A stretch of DNA of 64,000 nt, from contig CAVOXA010000010.1 in the NCBI GenBank assembly GCA_963700285.1, positions 1,472,001-1,536,000 on the forward strand, written 5' to 3'. Below are positions 47,445-58,972 of this stretch, piece by piece. The notes below the pieces were generated by a model. The model was not told the DNA's origin and did no database searches. It worked only from the letters and a program-made list of their open reading frames with translations. This DNA is from an uncultured Chloroflexia bacterium (GTDB taxonomy: Bacteria > Chloroflexota > Anaerolineae > JAAYZQ01). Position 1 is the stretch's first letter. Each line of letters opens with the position of its first letter. The position numbers and the translations under genes are program-made.

Positions 47445-48203
47445 CTACCACAGTTCCCATTGTGGCCGCCATTGCGCCTGCTTGTAAAACAAAGAGTCTG
47501 TGTCGCCGGGTTGGTAGTACAGCCATTCGAGGAACGGCGGCCCGTGTTGTACGATCTGTTTACACAACCGGTCGAAGAGAAACCCGCGTACGTATGGGGC
47601 CTTGACGTGCCAGCGGCGGGCAGCCACACCGCCATCGGCCACGACAGGATGAAGGTTGGGCGCTGATGGCGCCAGGGCCAAACTGTCCTGTGCTGTGAGC
47701 AGGATCTGATGCACCGAGTCGGGTACATCCAAGGGAAGGCTTAGAACTGAAAGATAGCGACCGCTTAATAGATAGAATACCAGGTCATACCCACGTACCA
47801 GACTGGCCGACCGCTCAGGGATCCTTAGGTAGGTCGCCAGGTCCGCCAAGGCGTCACCGTCGAGTTCATCGAAGGACAAGTCATAGGGGACGATGACCTC
47901 ATCGGCCTGCAGCAGACCATAGCCACCGGAAAGGATGGCCAGATCCAGTACTTCACGGCCCCAGCGGTCCCAAACCGAGCGTACCCCCTCCATGACCAAG
48001 CGATGATGAGTACTGGTATACATCTCTGCCGCCGGACGGGCATAGTTTGTCCGGCGCGCTTCCTGAAGTTTCTCGATGGCCTGGGTCGGCCTGCTGGTAC
48101 TGGGCCCACTTCGAAGGCCCAGATCCTGTGAAGGGACAGGGCCCACGGCAGCGGTTGTTGCAGAACAGGGTGTAATCACCAGGGTGCGCACAGGCCCTCG
48201 CAA
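47445..48203 (-). CDS. hypothetical protein, DUF6884/YaaA-like
   Basis: LVITPCS, PAAEMYT and ILSGGYGLL...IVPYD motifs. Confidence 0.55.
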   Translation of the reverse strand: MRGPVRTLVITPCSATTAAVGPVPSQDLGLRSGPSTSRPTQAIEKLQEARRTNYARPAAEMYTSTHHRLVMEGVRSVWDRWGREVLDLAILSGGYGLLQADEVIVPYDLSFDELDGDALADLATYLRIPERSASLVRGYDLVFYLLSGRYLSVLSLPLDVPDSVHQILLTAQDSLALAPSAPNLHPVVADGGVAARRWHVKAPYVRGFLFDRLCKQIVQHGPPFLEWLYYQPGDTDSLFYKQAQWRPQWELW

Positions 48204-48263
48204 ACCCCCCAGACTCAGATAGGCGAATGCTCAACGCATTGTGGACCGAGGACCCAACCCCGG

Positions 48264-50887
48264 CTAGGTCAGCTTTTCACGGGCTCTGGCACTGAGATAG
48301 TCCATGGTCCAGACCATGATCACGATGGCCCAGACGGCCATGCCCGCCGCGGCGTACTGGTTCATGCCGACCATGCAGGCGGAAGAACTGGCCGATGCCG
48401 CCGCCGCCCACAAAGCCGATCACGGTCGACATGCGGATGTTGATGTCCCACTGGTAGAGGATAAAGGCCAGGAACTTGGGCACCAACTGGGGGACGATGG
48501 CAAAGACCAGGGTCTGCGGCCGGTTGGCCCCGGTGGCCGTGATCGCCTCGACCGGTCCGGTGTCGATCTCTTCGATGGTCTCGGAAAAGAGCTTGCCCAG
48601 GTTGGGGATGTTGTTGATGGCCAGGGCCAGTACGCCGGCAAAGGGGCCGATGCCCACCCAGGCGGCACAGATCAGGACCAGGATCATCGGCTCGACCGAG
48701 CGCCACAGGTTAAAGAGGGTGCGGATGGCATAGTAGACCGCTCGGCCGACGGGGCTGTCGCCCATGATGTTGCGCGCCGCCAGGAAACTGAGCGGGATGG
48801 CAAAGAACGAGCCCAAGGTCGTGGCCAGGAGGGCCATGAGCAGCGTCACCAGCGAGAGGTGGACGACCTCTTTGAAGGCCTCGCTGAATTGCGGCCCGCC
48901 GACGATACTCTTTCCAGGTGATCACCACCTGCCCGGCTCAGGCCGGCCCGCATCCGGGATCGACCTCCATCAGGGGATGGATCTGTGGTCTCCCAAGTCA
49001 GGCTGCCCGCATCGTCGGTGGTACAGCAATCCTTGTGGATGCGCAGATAGGCACCGTCGGACAGCGCCCAGCGCACCGAGACCTCGGTGTTGGGCGGCAG
49101 CTCGTGGCCGCGGATGACCAGTGGTTCGCCCACGTCGCCACAGGAGAGGGAGAGATTCACCCGCGGGCCGCTCACCTGGGCCTGCTGCCGGCTCGCCCGA
49201 GCCACAGGGCACCGGCAGTGTGGCGCTGACGCTCTGCTCCTCCGTCGGCCGGGTAAACATCTCTGGCACCAGAAAGGCGCGGATCATGCGCAGGCCTTCT
49301 GGCGCGCCCTGGACCAGGTCGACAAAGCTGATCTGGGACACATTCCAGGACCAGACAAAGGCGGCGGCAAAGCCGAGCACCAGCAGCCCCGTGGTCACGT
49401 AGCGGCGCAGCGGGCTGGCCCGGCGGCTGGCCGGCGTGCCCTCGATGATCCGCTTCCGCAGCCAGGCCGAGACATAGTCCAGGATGGCGATCACCAGCAC
49501 GATGGCGATGATGGCCGTGGCCATGGCCCGAAGCTGGTTGAGCCGGATCCACTGGATGACCAGGAAGCCCAGGCCGGCGTCGCTGATCAGGCCGATGACG
49601 GTCGACATGCGGACGTTGATGTCCCAGCGGTAGAGGGTGAAGGACAGGAAGGTGGGCACGATCTGGGGCAGCACGGCATAGACGACCACCTGCGGCCAGT
49701 TCGCCCCGGTGGCCCGCACGGCCTCGATGGGGCCGGGATCGATGCTCTCGATGGCCTCGGAGTAGAGCTTGCCCAGCGCGGCGATGGTGTGCAGCATCAG
49801 GGCCAGCATGCCGCCAAAGGGCCCCAGGCCCACCCACACGGCAAAGACGATGGCCCACATCAGCGTCTCGATGGAGCGCACGACGTTGAGTATCGTCCGC
49901 ACCACGTAATAGATGGCCGCGCGTGAGCCGGGTTGCCCCACATCAGGTTGCGGGCAGCCAGGAAGCTGACCGGCAGGGCAAAGAGTCATGCCCAGCACGG
50001 TGGCCATAAAGGCCAGGGCCACCGTCTCGCCGATCTTTTCCAGGACCAGGCTCAGCGTCTCGGTCGGCTGCAGCGAGCCGTAGGGCTTGTGCTGCTCGGC
50101 GCGGATGACGTGGGTCTGCGTCTCGCCGGGTTCGGGCAGACTGGTCAGCGGCACGGCCAGGGGCACCTGAGATGGTGGCTCGAAATCGTCCCTCGCCATC
50201 GGTGACAAAGGTCGCGGGCTTGCCATCCTCGATCACCCGCTGCACGTCGCCGATGGGGTTCAGCCACCACAGTTCACCCTCAAAATCGGGGAAAAAACCC
50301 TCGCCCTTCGAGCACGACCATGTCGCCAACGTCGGCACAGGGGACGTCCGTCGCGAAGGCGAGGATCGTCGGATGGGTACCTTGCCCGGCTCGGGCAGAG
50401 GCTCGATACAGGGCACCTGGAAGGGTGTGGCGCCGACCAGGTCCTCGGTGGGGTACTCCAGCAGTTCCGGCTGGACCAGCGCCTTGAGGTAGGGCTGCAC
50501 GCCCGGCCAGCCCGTGACCAGGCGTGCCGGGATTGACCTCGGTGGCAACGAAGGCCAGGCCATAGACGATCAGACACGGCCAGCGAGGATCGGCGCGCCC
50601 AGGCGGCCCTTCTGTCCCTGTGGCCAGGCGGTAGGCATCCCAGGCGCCCCACAGCCAGATGAAGACCAGGGGGACCAGGAGCGCCAGGGTCCCCTGCCAG
50701 GCGATCAGCCCACCCAGGATGACGAATGGTGACAAAGAAGCCGATGCCCCGCCCGCGCTCGCCCAGGAGAAACTGGCCGCTGCCGGGCACGATCAGCGAT
50801 AGGAGGGCCGGCAGCATGGCCGGCATATCGCGGGCGAGGAGGCGCGCGTGCTTCGTTGCCGATTGTCGCCGTTGTGTGTTGGCTCAT
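48264..50887 (-). CDS. phnE: phosphonate/phosphite ABC permease, long double-PhnE protein (frameshifted in this sequence)
   Basis: Two copies of GKLxSExIExIDxGPxEA...WDINxRMSTVIG separated by soluble inserts, across several frames. Confidence 0.8.
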
Positions 50888-51683
50888 GCTGACGCGCCTC
50901 CGCCTATTCCGGCATCGTCGTCCGTGCCGCCGACGGTGACCATCTCGGCCTCTTCGCCGTAGACCTCTTTGAATCGCTCCGGCGTCAGCTCCGAGGGCAG
51001 GCCGTCAAAGACCAGCTCGCCGTCCTTGAGGCCGATGACGCGCGTGGCGTAGCGGTGCACCAGGTCCAGGAAGTGCAGGCTGCACAGCACGGTGATGCCA
51101 TCCTGCTGGTTGAGCAGCTCCAGGTACTGGAGGATGGAATGGGCCAGCACGGGATCCAGGCTGGCCACCGGCTCGTCGGCCAGCATCAGCCGGGGCTCCT
51201 GCATCAGGGCGCGGGCGATGCCCACCCGCTGCTGCTGCCCGCCGGAGAGCTGGTCGGCCCGGTTGTCGGCCTTTTCGGCGATGCCCACCCGCTCCAGGGC
51301 GGCCACGGCCCGCTGGCGGTCCTCGGCGGAAAAGCGGTGGAACAGGCTCGACCAGGGGTTGGCGTAGCCCAGCCGGCCCGACAGCACGTTGGTCATGACG
51401 CTGCTGCGCTTGACCAGGTTGAACTGCTGGAAGATCATGCCGATCTGGCGGCGGATGCGGCGCAGCTCTTTGCCCTGGGCGGCGGTGATATCCACGTCGT
51501 CCCAGAGGACCCGGCCCTCGGTGGGGTCGATCAGGCGGTTGATGCAGCGCAGCAGGGTGGACTTGCCCGATCCCGACAGGCCGATGACGGCCAGGAATTC
51601 GCCGTCCTCGACCTGAAAGCTGACGTTTTGAGCGCCTCGGTACCATCGGGAAAGATTTTGGTGAGGTTCTCCACTCGCAGCAA
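50884..51683 (-). CDS. phnC: phosphonate ABC transporter ATP-binding protein (one frameshift near 51627)
   Basis: [36 protein letters not shown] and SLH. Confidence 0.9.
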
Positions 51684-51826
51684 GCGATTCCTCCTCCATT
51701 CAAACAGACCTCGCACAGGTGACGGCATGCCCCGTCGGTGGCGATCCCAGCGATGCTCTGTACAGTTGACTGGAACACGCTATTCAGGGCTGACCTCGGC
51801 CTGCACCGTCTGTAGCTAACTAGAAG

Positions 51827-51856
51827 AGAGGGAGAGAGGCTAGCCTCTCTCCCTCT
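51827..51856 (-). terminator. long hairpin downstream of phnD
   Basis: AGAGGGAGAGAGGC-ta-GCCTCTCTCCCTCT. Confidence 0.65.
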
Positions 51857-51873
51857 GGTGCATCATGTCGAGC

Positions 51874-52772
51874 TTACTTGGCCAGTTCTTCGATGTCGAT
51901 GCCGGCCTTGCTCAGGTCGGCGCGGAAGGCATCGTAGAAGGAGTCGTCGGCCGCTTGCAGGCCGCCGATGGAGTAGAGGTTCTCCAGCGCCGCCACGCCC
52001 TCTTCCGTTGCCGGCGATCTCGAGCAGGGCGTCGACGATCTGGTCGCGCATCTCGGCCGGAAAGTCCTTGGTGAAGGAGACGCTGTCGTTGGGGATGTCG
52101 GTGGTGGTGGCCAGGACGACGACCACTTCCTTCACATCGGGAAAGTCTTCCTCGATGGAGCTGCGGGCGTCGGCGTAGGTGGCGCCGACGTCACAGTCGC
52201 CGTTGTAGACCTGCGGTGATGACGTTGTTGTGCGAGCCGGCCTCGACGGTCTTGGCAAAGTCCGTGTCGGGATCAATGCCGTTGGCCTCGAGCATGATGC
52301 GGGGGATGATATAGCCCGAGGTCGAGTTGGGGTCGACCCAGCACATCACCTTGCCCTTGAGGTCTCCAGCGATGGTGATGCCGCTGTCGGCCCGGACGTT
52401 GAGCTGGCCCACGTAGGTGGTCGCGCCAAAGCGCTCTGTCACCAGGCCCACGTCAACGCCGATACTTTTCGTTGGCCAGGACATAGTTGAAGGTGTTGAG
52501 CCAGCCGATGTGGGCCTTGCCCGCGCCCATCGCCTCGCGCACGGCGGCAAAGTCGGTGCCGACGTTGGCCTCGACGACCAGGCCGGTCTTGTCGGCGATC
52601 ATCTGCGGCGATCTGGTCGCCGCTGGCGATGATCTCCTGCGTGTCGCCCGAGGGCACGAAGGACATGACGATGGGATTGTCCTCGGTGCCCAACTTGGGC
52701 GTCGCCACAGCCGGCCAGGGTCAGCGCCATCACGCTGAGGACTAGCAGAACCAACAAAAAGTTTCGCTTCAT
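51874..52772 (-). CDS. phnD: phosphate/phosphite/phosphonate ABC substrate-binding lipoprotein (frameshifted in this sequence)
   Basis: LGTEDNPIVMSFVPSG, VDPNSTSGYIIP, AGSH and IPND, across frames. Confidence 0.85.
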
Positions 52773-53135
52773 TTTTTCTCTCCTTGTCTCGTCCTACCCT
52801 TGGAATTAGATTCAGAAACGAACCAACGAAAAACAAAGCAGCGATTGCTCTTCTAAGCCTCACCCCCCTCTTCTACACCTGACCCTATGAAGCTACGGCG
52901 CACAATTGTCTAACCTTCTTCAACCTATGAAGCGATCCACGAACCCGCCCAAAGCCCTGTCGCAGGGTACCAGTCAGTCCTCGGGTCGAGGGTTAGGGCA
53001 GGAACCCCCAGGAATATAATACTACAAGATGGTGGTCTAGGCAAGTCTCAAAGATTAACAATTCTAGAACTAGGCCGAAATCTCCTTTTCGGCCGGAGGT
53101 CTGTTGTTACCCGGCAGGGTTACCCCGAAGCCGTC

Positions 53136-54596
53136 CTATTGCTGCCCAGCCAGGACCGCATTGGCTTCGACGGCAGCCCTGTCCAGGACGGTCTGGGGAT
53201 CGGCCAGACTCTGCGTCACAGAGACGATGGCGGTGTAGAGAAGGTCGCGTACCTCCAATTCGGCGGCCACTGCCGGCTCCGGCTTCCCATAGGGCAGAAT
53301 CTCCTCAACCTGGGCCAAGACAAAGGGGTGGGCTTCCAGAGTCTCAGTCATCATGCCCAGGGCTGAAACCCGTACCGGCATGGCCTCCAACTCTGCCGCC
53401 CAGCGGGCTGTCTGGTCCGTGTCGGTGAACCACCGGATCAGACGCCACGCGGCTCGTTCCTGTGCCGGGTCTCCCTGCGTGACAAAGAAGCTAGCGCCGT
53501 AGAGGGTTGTAGCCGGTTGAGCCGGGTCAGCCTGGGGGATCAAGGTCTGGTACCAATGAAAGGGGGGCATGCCTCTGTTCAGCGCGCCATCGTAGGCGTC
53601 GGCATAGAGCTGGCTGTTGCCGGTGGAGGAGAAAGCAAAAGCCGCCTGGCCGTTGGCAAAGGCAATATAGTCCCCATACGGGGTTTCGGGCCGCCAGGCC
53701 AGGCCGGCGTCCATCAAGCGGCGAAGCAGTGCCAGGCTCTCCACACCGGCGGGGCCATTGAAGGCCGCGCGCTGGCCAGTGCTGTCCAATTGCTGTCCCC
53801 CACGGCTGTACAGCCAGGCGTTAAAGGTTGTGACACTCTCGACAAAGGGATAGCAGTCCACGCCGGTGCGGGCGCTGACATCAAAGCAGACCTGTTCAAA
53901 CTCCGCCCAGGTGGCCGGGGCGCGGTCCCAACCTGCCTGGGCCAGCAACGTGCCGTTGACCCACATGCCGATGGCGTTTTGGGAAAAAGGGAAGGCCATG
54001 ATCTGCCGGCCGAAACCGGGTAGTTGGGCGGCATCCAGATAGCCAGGATAGATGTCAGCCAGGTCCTCGTCGGTCAGACCAACCTCTGGATCGTTGAAGT
54101 AGGCGTCCAAGGGGGCCACCAGGCCAGCTTTTGCGTATTGGGTGATCATGCTGGGAAAGGCGACGGCCAGGTCGGGCAACTCGCCGTCGGGCATCTCTGC
54201 CAGCACAGCTTCGTGGATGCCGGGATAGCCGTTTTTGGCCACGATCTCGACCAGGACGTCAGGGTTTTGGGCTTCAAAATCGCGGATCATCTCTGCCAGG
54301 AGCAACCCCTGGGGGCGGTCGAGGGGAAAGGGCTCCCAGAAGACGACAGGTGTGACCCCGGGTGGGAGGGTGTTGGCCGGCTCCGGGCCACCTGTTTCCT
54401 CCGGCTCAGGCGTCGGAGAGAGTGATTCGGGCGCCTCGCCGCGATTGAGCTGAAGCGTATCGGGTATTAGCTTGCATCCAACCAGGCTGGTGACCAGCAG
54501 CACGAGCGAGCAGGCGATCCCGAGTACCCGGCGGGCATTGGATGATCCTGCCCACGGACGGTTGGCCCTACCTGGCAGGCTGAAGAGCTGCTTCAC
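53136..54596 (-). CDS. extracellular solute-binding lipoprotein (family 1)
   Basis: Lipobox LVGC, LPDLAVAFP, AFPF, PATWAEF and AAWRLIRWF. Confidence 0.85.
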   Translation of the reverse strand: MKQLFSLPGRANRPWAGSSNARRVLGIACSLVLLVTSLVGCKLIPDTLQLNRGEAPESLSPTPEPEETGGPEPANTLPPGVTPVVFWEPFPLDRPQGLLLAEMIRDFEAQNPDVLVEIVAKNGYPGIHEAVLAEMPDGELPDLAVAFPSMITQYAKAGLVAPLDAYFNDPEVGLTDEDLADIYPGYLDAAQLPGFGRQIMAFPFSQNAIGMWVNGTLLAQAGWDRAPATWAEFEQVCFDVSARTGVDCYPFVESVTTFNAWLYSRGGQQLDSTGQRAAFNGPAGVESLALLRRLMDAGLAWRPETPYGDYIAFANGQAAFAFSSTGNSQLYADAYDGALNRGMPPFHWYQTLIPQADPAQPATTLYGASFFVTQGDPAQERAAWRLIRWFTDTDQTARWAAELEAMPVRVSALGMMTETLEAHPFVLAQVEEILPYGKPEPAVAAELEVRDLLYTAIVSVTQSLADPQTVLDRAAVEANAVLAGQQ

Positions 54597-54769
54597 GATT
54601 GAGTACTACCTCCTGGCATTGGGTTCCGCCAGCGACTGTAGAGCAGGTGGTATCTGATGCAATACACAACCTACCCTTGTCCGTACCACATATTCCTCCA
54701 ATTGTGGAATTATACCATGCCTTCGCTTATTCTGGTACCCACTGTTCGCGGGAGGATCAGAGGCCCCAT

Positions 54770-54985
54770 CTTTCTGGCGGTCGGGCGAACGCTCGAACTC
54801 GGCCAGGACGCGTTTGCGCTCCTCGACGCCGCAGACAATGGGTGGGTCATCGCCGTGTCTCAGCTCGATGGCTGCCAGTCCCTCGCGGTTGAACCACGAG
54901 ACCTACTGCGAGACGGCGTCCCCTGAACGGCGACCGGCTGCCCAAGCGGCCGCCGTGTAGCCCTGACCATCTGCTACAACCAGCT
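54770..54985 (-). mobile_element. degenerate IS630-like transposase N-terminal (HTH) remnant
   Basis: Translates [47 protein letters not shown]...ERKRVLAEFERSPDRQKDG, with an internal stop. Confidence 0.6.
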
Positions 54986-55016
54986 CAGATTGACTGTAGG
55001 CATGAAAAGCGACCCG

Positions 55017-58000
55017 CTAGTACACGATTCGCAAGGTGTAGGGGCGATCACTGTTGTAGCCTGCTCCGGTGTTGATGTAGATGTAGTACAGCCCAGGTTG
55101 CCCAGGATATTCGATGTGATAGGGTGGTTGCAGGGCTAAGGAGACCGGGTCTTCTGTCGATCGGTAGAACAACTGTAGCTGCACGTGCTGTCCTGTGTGA
55201 TCGCTCAGATCTATGCGGATGATCCCAGGAGCGCCCAAGTGGAAATAGAAATAGTCTTTCTGGTCATCAGGATAGCCATGATACTCCAGGTCAGACAACA
55301 ATGGCCCATTCGCGTTGGAAGCACTATCGTTGTGCTCTTTCTCCCAGAGCACGTCCACCCACTGCGGATTACTCCAAGGGCTGCTACCCACAGCATTGCG
55401 ACCCTGGACACGGTAGAAGTAGCGGGTAGGCCCATGGCCACTGACCTCGAAGCCGGTCGACGGACCAGCGTATATCTGCTTCGGGCTGCTGAAAGAGCTA
55501 TCCCCTGCTTCCTGCAACACGTATGCTTGGGCGCCAGACGCGGCCGTCCAACTGACCCTGTAGCTGCCATCGCCATCGGGATTGCTGATGGGTAGCAGGG
55601 CAGGTACAGATGACGAACCAGCGATGACAAGTGGAAGGAAAACTCGTTTGGCCTCAGGGGGGTCGCTGCAATCAAAGTTGGCCGTGACCGACCTATTACC
55701 AGTCATGGTCACAGTGGTCCACATGGCACTACCGGTGGCATCGCCGCTCCAGTGGTTGAAGGTACAGGAAGAGGCCGCGGTGGTCGTCAACTGAACCTGA
55801 GTACCAGAGGCGTACTTGCTGGAATCGTTGGCGCAGTTAGGCGACGGGTCGGCGAGCACCGAGCCGCCATCAATGGGTCTGATCTCTGTCGTGAGCGTAT
55901 AGCATTCCACTGGCTGGTCTTCCATGCCCAGGCGTAGCACGAAGGCATCTGTGTCTCCGTTGTGGTTAGGGTCAAAAGCCCCGTTCGTGGAGGGAAAGTT
56001 CGAGGAATCAGTGCGGCCCGCTACGACGGCGTTGCCTGTGCCTGCCAGCGCGACTGCATGCGCTTGCTCACCTTTTGTCCCGCCAACAAAGGTGCTGTAC
56101 AACAGGGACCCTCCGTCGGCGGCTAGTTTCAGGATCATGATATCACTGCTCCCATTATGGCCTCGATCAAAGGCCCCAACCGTAGTAGGGAAATTCCCGG
56201 ACTCGGTCCAACCAGTGACCACCGGACTTCCATCGCTATCCAGGGCCAAGCCAAAGCCAGCATCGCCACTGCTTCCTCCGACATAGGTGCTGTACAGAAG
56301 TGATCTTCCGTCAGTGGCAACTTTCGAGATGAAGACGTCGCTTGCTCCGTTGTGCCCCTGGTCGTACGCCCCGGAAGTGGTGGGAAAGTTCGCAGAGTTT
56401 GTGTAACCCGCTACTGTGGGATTGTTGTTCCCGTCCAGGACCAGACCGCGCACGCGCTCGTCGCCGCTTCCTCCGAGAAAGGAACTGTAGATCAATCGGC
56501 TGCCATCACCAGCGAGCTTCAGAATCCAGGCATCCTGGCCCCCGTTGTGTGTGGGATCAAAGGCGCTGCTGGTGGAGGGAAAGTCCGAAGACCATGTGTA
56601 GCCTGCAACGACAAGATCGCCCCTGTCGAACTTTACCCACCGTCCAATATCCTCCCCAGACCCTCCCACGAGCGTACTATACACCAGCCCCCCGCCGCTA
56701 GCTGCCAGCTTCAGAACAAACACGTCCTTGGCTCCATTGAAGCCTTGATCAAAGGCTCCGGAGGTGACTGGAAAATCCCAAGAGCTGGTATAGCCGGTGA
56801 CCACTGGGTTGCCAGATCCATCCAGTGCAACAGCGAAAGCCTCATCTTCTTCGATTCCTCCGACGAAAGCGCTGTACAGCAAAAACCGCCCGTCGGATGA
56901 CAGTTTCAAGATAAAGCCGTCCCTCTTTTGGCCGAAAACGGTGTCAAACGCACCTGGTGTTGTAGGGAAGTCTGAAGACCAAGTATAGCCAGCGACCCAG
57001 ACATTGCCAGCATTGTCTAGCGTCAGGCCATACGCATCCTCATCATTGCTTCCGCCTACGAAGGTGCTGTTCAGCAGCGTCTTGCCGTCGGTGGACAATT
57101 TGAAGACATACACGTCCATGCCACCAGCGTGTCCCCCATCGTAGGCCCCTGCAGTGGTAGGAAAACTGCTGGATTGTGTAGAACCGGTGACCACCACATT
57201 TCCCCCGCTGTCCAGGACCATCCCATGGCACAGTTCTTTGTTGCTGCCTCCCACAAACGTGCTGTAGTCGAGCCCAGGATCGATCACCAACGGTCGGCTG
57301 GGATCGTAAGGGCCAACAGCAAAGCCGACGCGCAGTCCTGGCCCGACGAGAAAGTCGGCAACCACAGGCTCTCGCTGTGCATTGGTCCCCTCCTGCCAGG
57401 CCAGGGGGGCCTCTTCGATGAGGGTACCCCAGGGGGTCTGGATCTCCAGTTGACCGACCCGGTTAACCCGTAGCGCCTCTGCCCCGTCGTAGGCCAAGGC
57501 GATCTCTGTCACTTTAGCCCCAGGCCGCAGGACAAATTCGTACTTGGGTTGCCCCTCAACACCCTTGTAGCGCAGATCCGTCTGCGGGTAGAGGTCATGG
57601 TAGAGGATACCGGCATAAGTGGGCACCCCCTGTTGCCATTGGGAGGGGTCGTTGCCGATGATATAGTTGGCATACCCAGGTAACGGCGCCACGCCTTCAA
57701 GGCGAGGGTTGGGCGACGCCCCGACAAAGCGCACTTTGAGTGCAAAGTGCTCCGCAGAACGCTTGTTCCATTGTTCCGAAGAGTTGGTCTGGGTTGTAGG
57801 AACGCTGGATGGCGCTCGTCGGCTAGCCGAGGCGGAGCTGGGACTCTGCTGCCCAAAAACGATGGCTACCTCCTGAGGGGTAAAAAAGTACGTGCTACCA
57901 GTGGGACGGGCTACAAAGCGAACACGCTCATCGAACTGCCCGCGATTGGCTTCAAAGCTGAGAGGGAGTCGGTCGTAGACCTTTGCGAGGGTCCCATCAT

Positions 58001-58145
58001 CCGCCGGTGATGGGCTGGCTGCGACCCGTCCAGAAGAATCCACCGTGACCGGCGCTAGACGCGCTGCTGCTGGTGCGGCCGGGGTGGTCCAAATCACCAG
58101 CAAGGCCACAATACTCCACGTTCTTTGCATGATCCGATTGCTCAT
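55017..58145 (-). CDS. secreted SBBP-repeat beta-propeller protein with FN3/PPC-like C-terminal domains
   Basis: Signal peptide, FEANRGQ, NYIIGNDPSQW, LVIDP, 7-8 repeats of YSTFVGGS..D...VTG.T.S.DFPTT.GAFD, and RVFLPLV. Confidence 0.88.
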   Translation of the reverse strand: MSNRIMQRTWSIVALLVIWTTPAAPAAARLAPVTVDSSGRVAASPSPADDGTLAKVYDRLPLSFEANRGQFDERVRFVARPTGSTYFFTPQEVAIVFGQQSPSSASASRRAPSSVPTTQTNSSEQWNKRSAEHFALKVRFVGASPNPRLEGVAPLPGYANYIIGNDPSQWQQGVPTYAGILYHDLYPQTDLRYKGVEGQPKYEFVLRPGAKVTEIALAYDGAEALRVNRVGQLEIQTPWGTLIEEAPLAWQEGTNAQREPVVADFLVGPGLRVGFAVGPYDPSRPLVIDPGLDYSTFVGGSNKELCHGMVLDSGGNVVVTGSTQSSSFPTTAGAYDGGHAGGMDVYVFKLSTDGKTLLNSTFVGGSNDEDAYGLTLDNAGNVWVAGYTWSSDFPTTPGAFDTVFGQKRDGFILKLSSDGRFLLYSAFVGGIEEDEAFAVALDGSGNPVVTGYTSSWDFPVTSGAFDQGFNGAKDVFVLKLAASGGGLVYSTLVGGSGEDIGRWVKFDRGDLVVAGYTWSSDFPSTSSAFDPTHNGGQDAWILKLAGDGSRLIYSSFLGGSGDERVRGLVLDGNNNPTVAGYTNSANFPTTSGAYDQGHNGASDVFISKVATDGRSLLYSTYVGGSSGDAGFGLALDSDGSPVVTGWTESGNFPTTVGAFDRGHNGSSDIMILKLAADGGSLLYSTFVGGTKGEQAHAVALAGTGNAVVAGRTDSSNFPSTNGAFDPNHNGDTDAFVLRLGMEDQPVECYTLTTEIRPIDGGSVLADPSPNCANDSSKYASGTQVQLTTTAASSCTFNHWSGDATGSAMWTTVTMTGNRSVTANFDCSDPPEAKRVFLPLVIAGSSSVPALLPISNPDGDGSYRVSWTAASGAQAYVLQEAGDSSFSSPKQIYAGPSTGFEVSGHGPTRYFYRVQGRNAVGSSPWSNPQWVDVLWEKEHNDSASNANGPLLSDLEYHGYPDDQKDYFYFHLGAPGIIRIDLSDHTGQHVQLQLFYRSTEDPVSLALQPPYHIEYPGQPGLYYIYINTGAGYNSDRPYTLRIVY

Positions 58146-58259
58146 TGGTCACCTTCTTTGAACCAGAATCCTAACACCATCCAACGCATTTTAGCCGGTG
58201 TACCGGCATTCGGTTTCAATCGCAGCCACCAGGTGGTAGCTTGACGGCGAGAATGGCTG

Positions 58260-58972
58260 GGGTGGGCCTGCCAGCGCCTGGCCCGTCTCCTGCGGCTCAG
58301 GTTCAATCACCCGCGGACGTTCGGTCCACACAGGCGTGGGCGTGACCGCACTGCCAGGACGTACCAACGCTCATGGCGAGCAATCAAGTCCCGCAGCAGG
58401 GTCGAGTCGCCGTGGACTTGCACCGGCAACCCAACTCATGGGCACAACTGCCTGCCAGGCATCTTCCAACATCGCCATAGCTTGCTGAGGCTTGGTCTGA
58501 AAGAGTGCGTCGCAGGAATTTTGGCTTGCTCTCGCCGCTCAAGGTCGTTGCACTACTCTTCTTCGGGCGGATACAGGCGGCGATCCAGGAACACGTGCCC
58601 CTCGGCCGTCGCATAGCTCAGAAAAGCACCAATCTCATAGTTCTCGATCTTGGGGGCAGTGCCCGAGTACTGCCATTTGATACCCACCGAGTGGTTGCCG
58701 CGTTTGATGAAGCCGGTCTCGTCCACTACACCGATCCCGTCTTTCCAAAAATCTGAGTCTTGTATTGCAACAGCCGATCCACGGCGGTGTCTGTACTCCA
58801 CCGCACCTGATACAGCAAGCGCTGCGTGGCATCCGGGGTGCGGTCACCGACTACTTGGGCCAATTGCCAGCCATTCTTGCGCAGCACCGACGCCATCAGC
58901 CCTCCAACGGTTTCGTGTTGTCGCCCCTGATCATCAAAAAGGGCTGTTTTGTAAAACGCGGTTGTAGTACTA
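58260..58972 (-). mobile_element. degenerate IS701-family transposase remnant
   Basis: RKNGWQLAQVVGDRTPDATQRLL, VVDETGFIKRGNHSVG...QYSGTA..IEN, LDRRLY and FQTKPQ, broken by frameshifts and stops. Confidence 0.82.

Noticed and set aside
48264-52772. phnDCE as a decayed operon
   Set aside because: It shows the same regional indel pattern with intact motifs, RBSs and hairpins. Treated as sequencing error pending read polishing.
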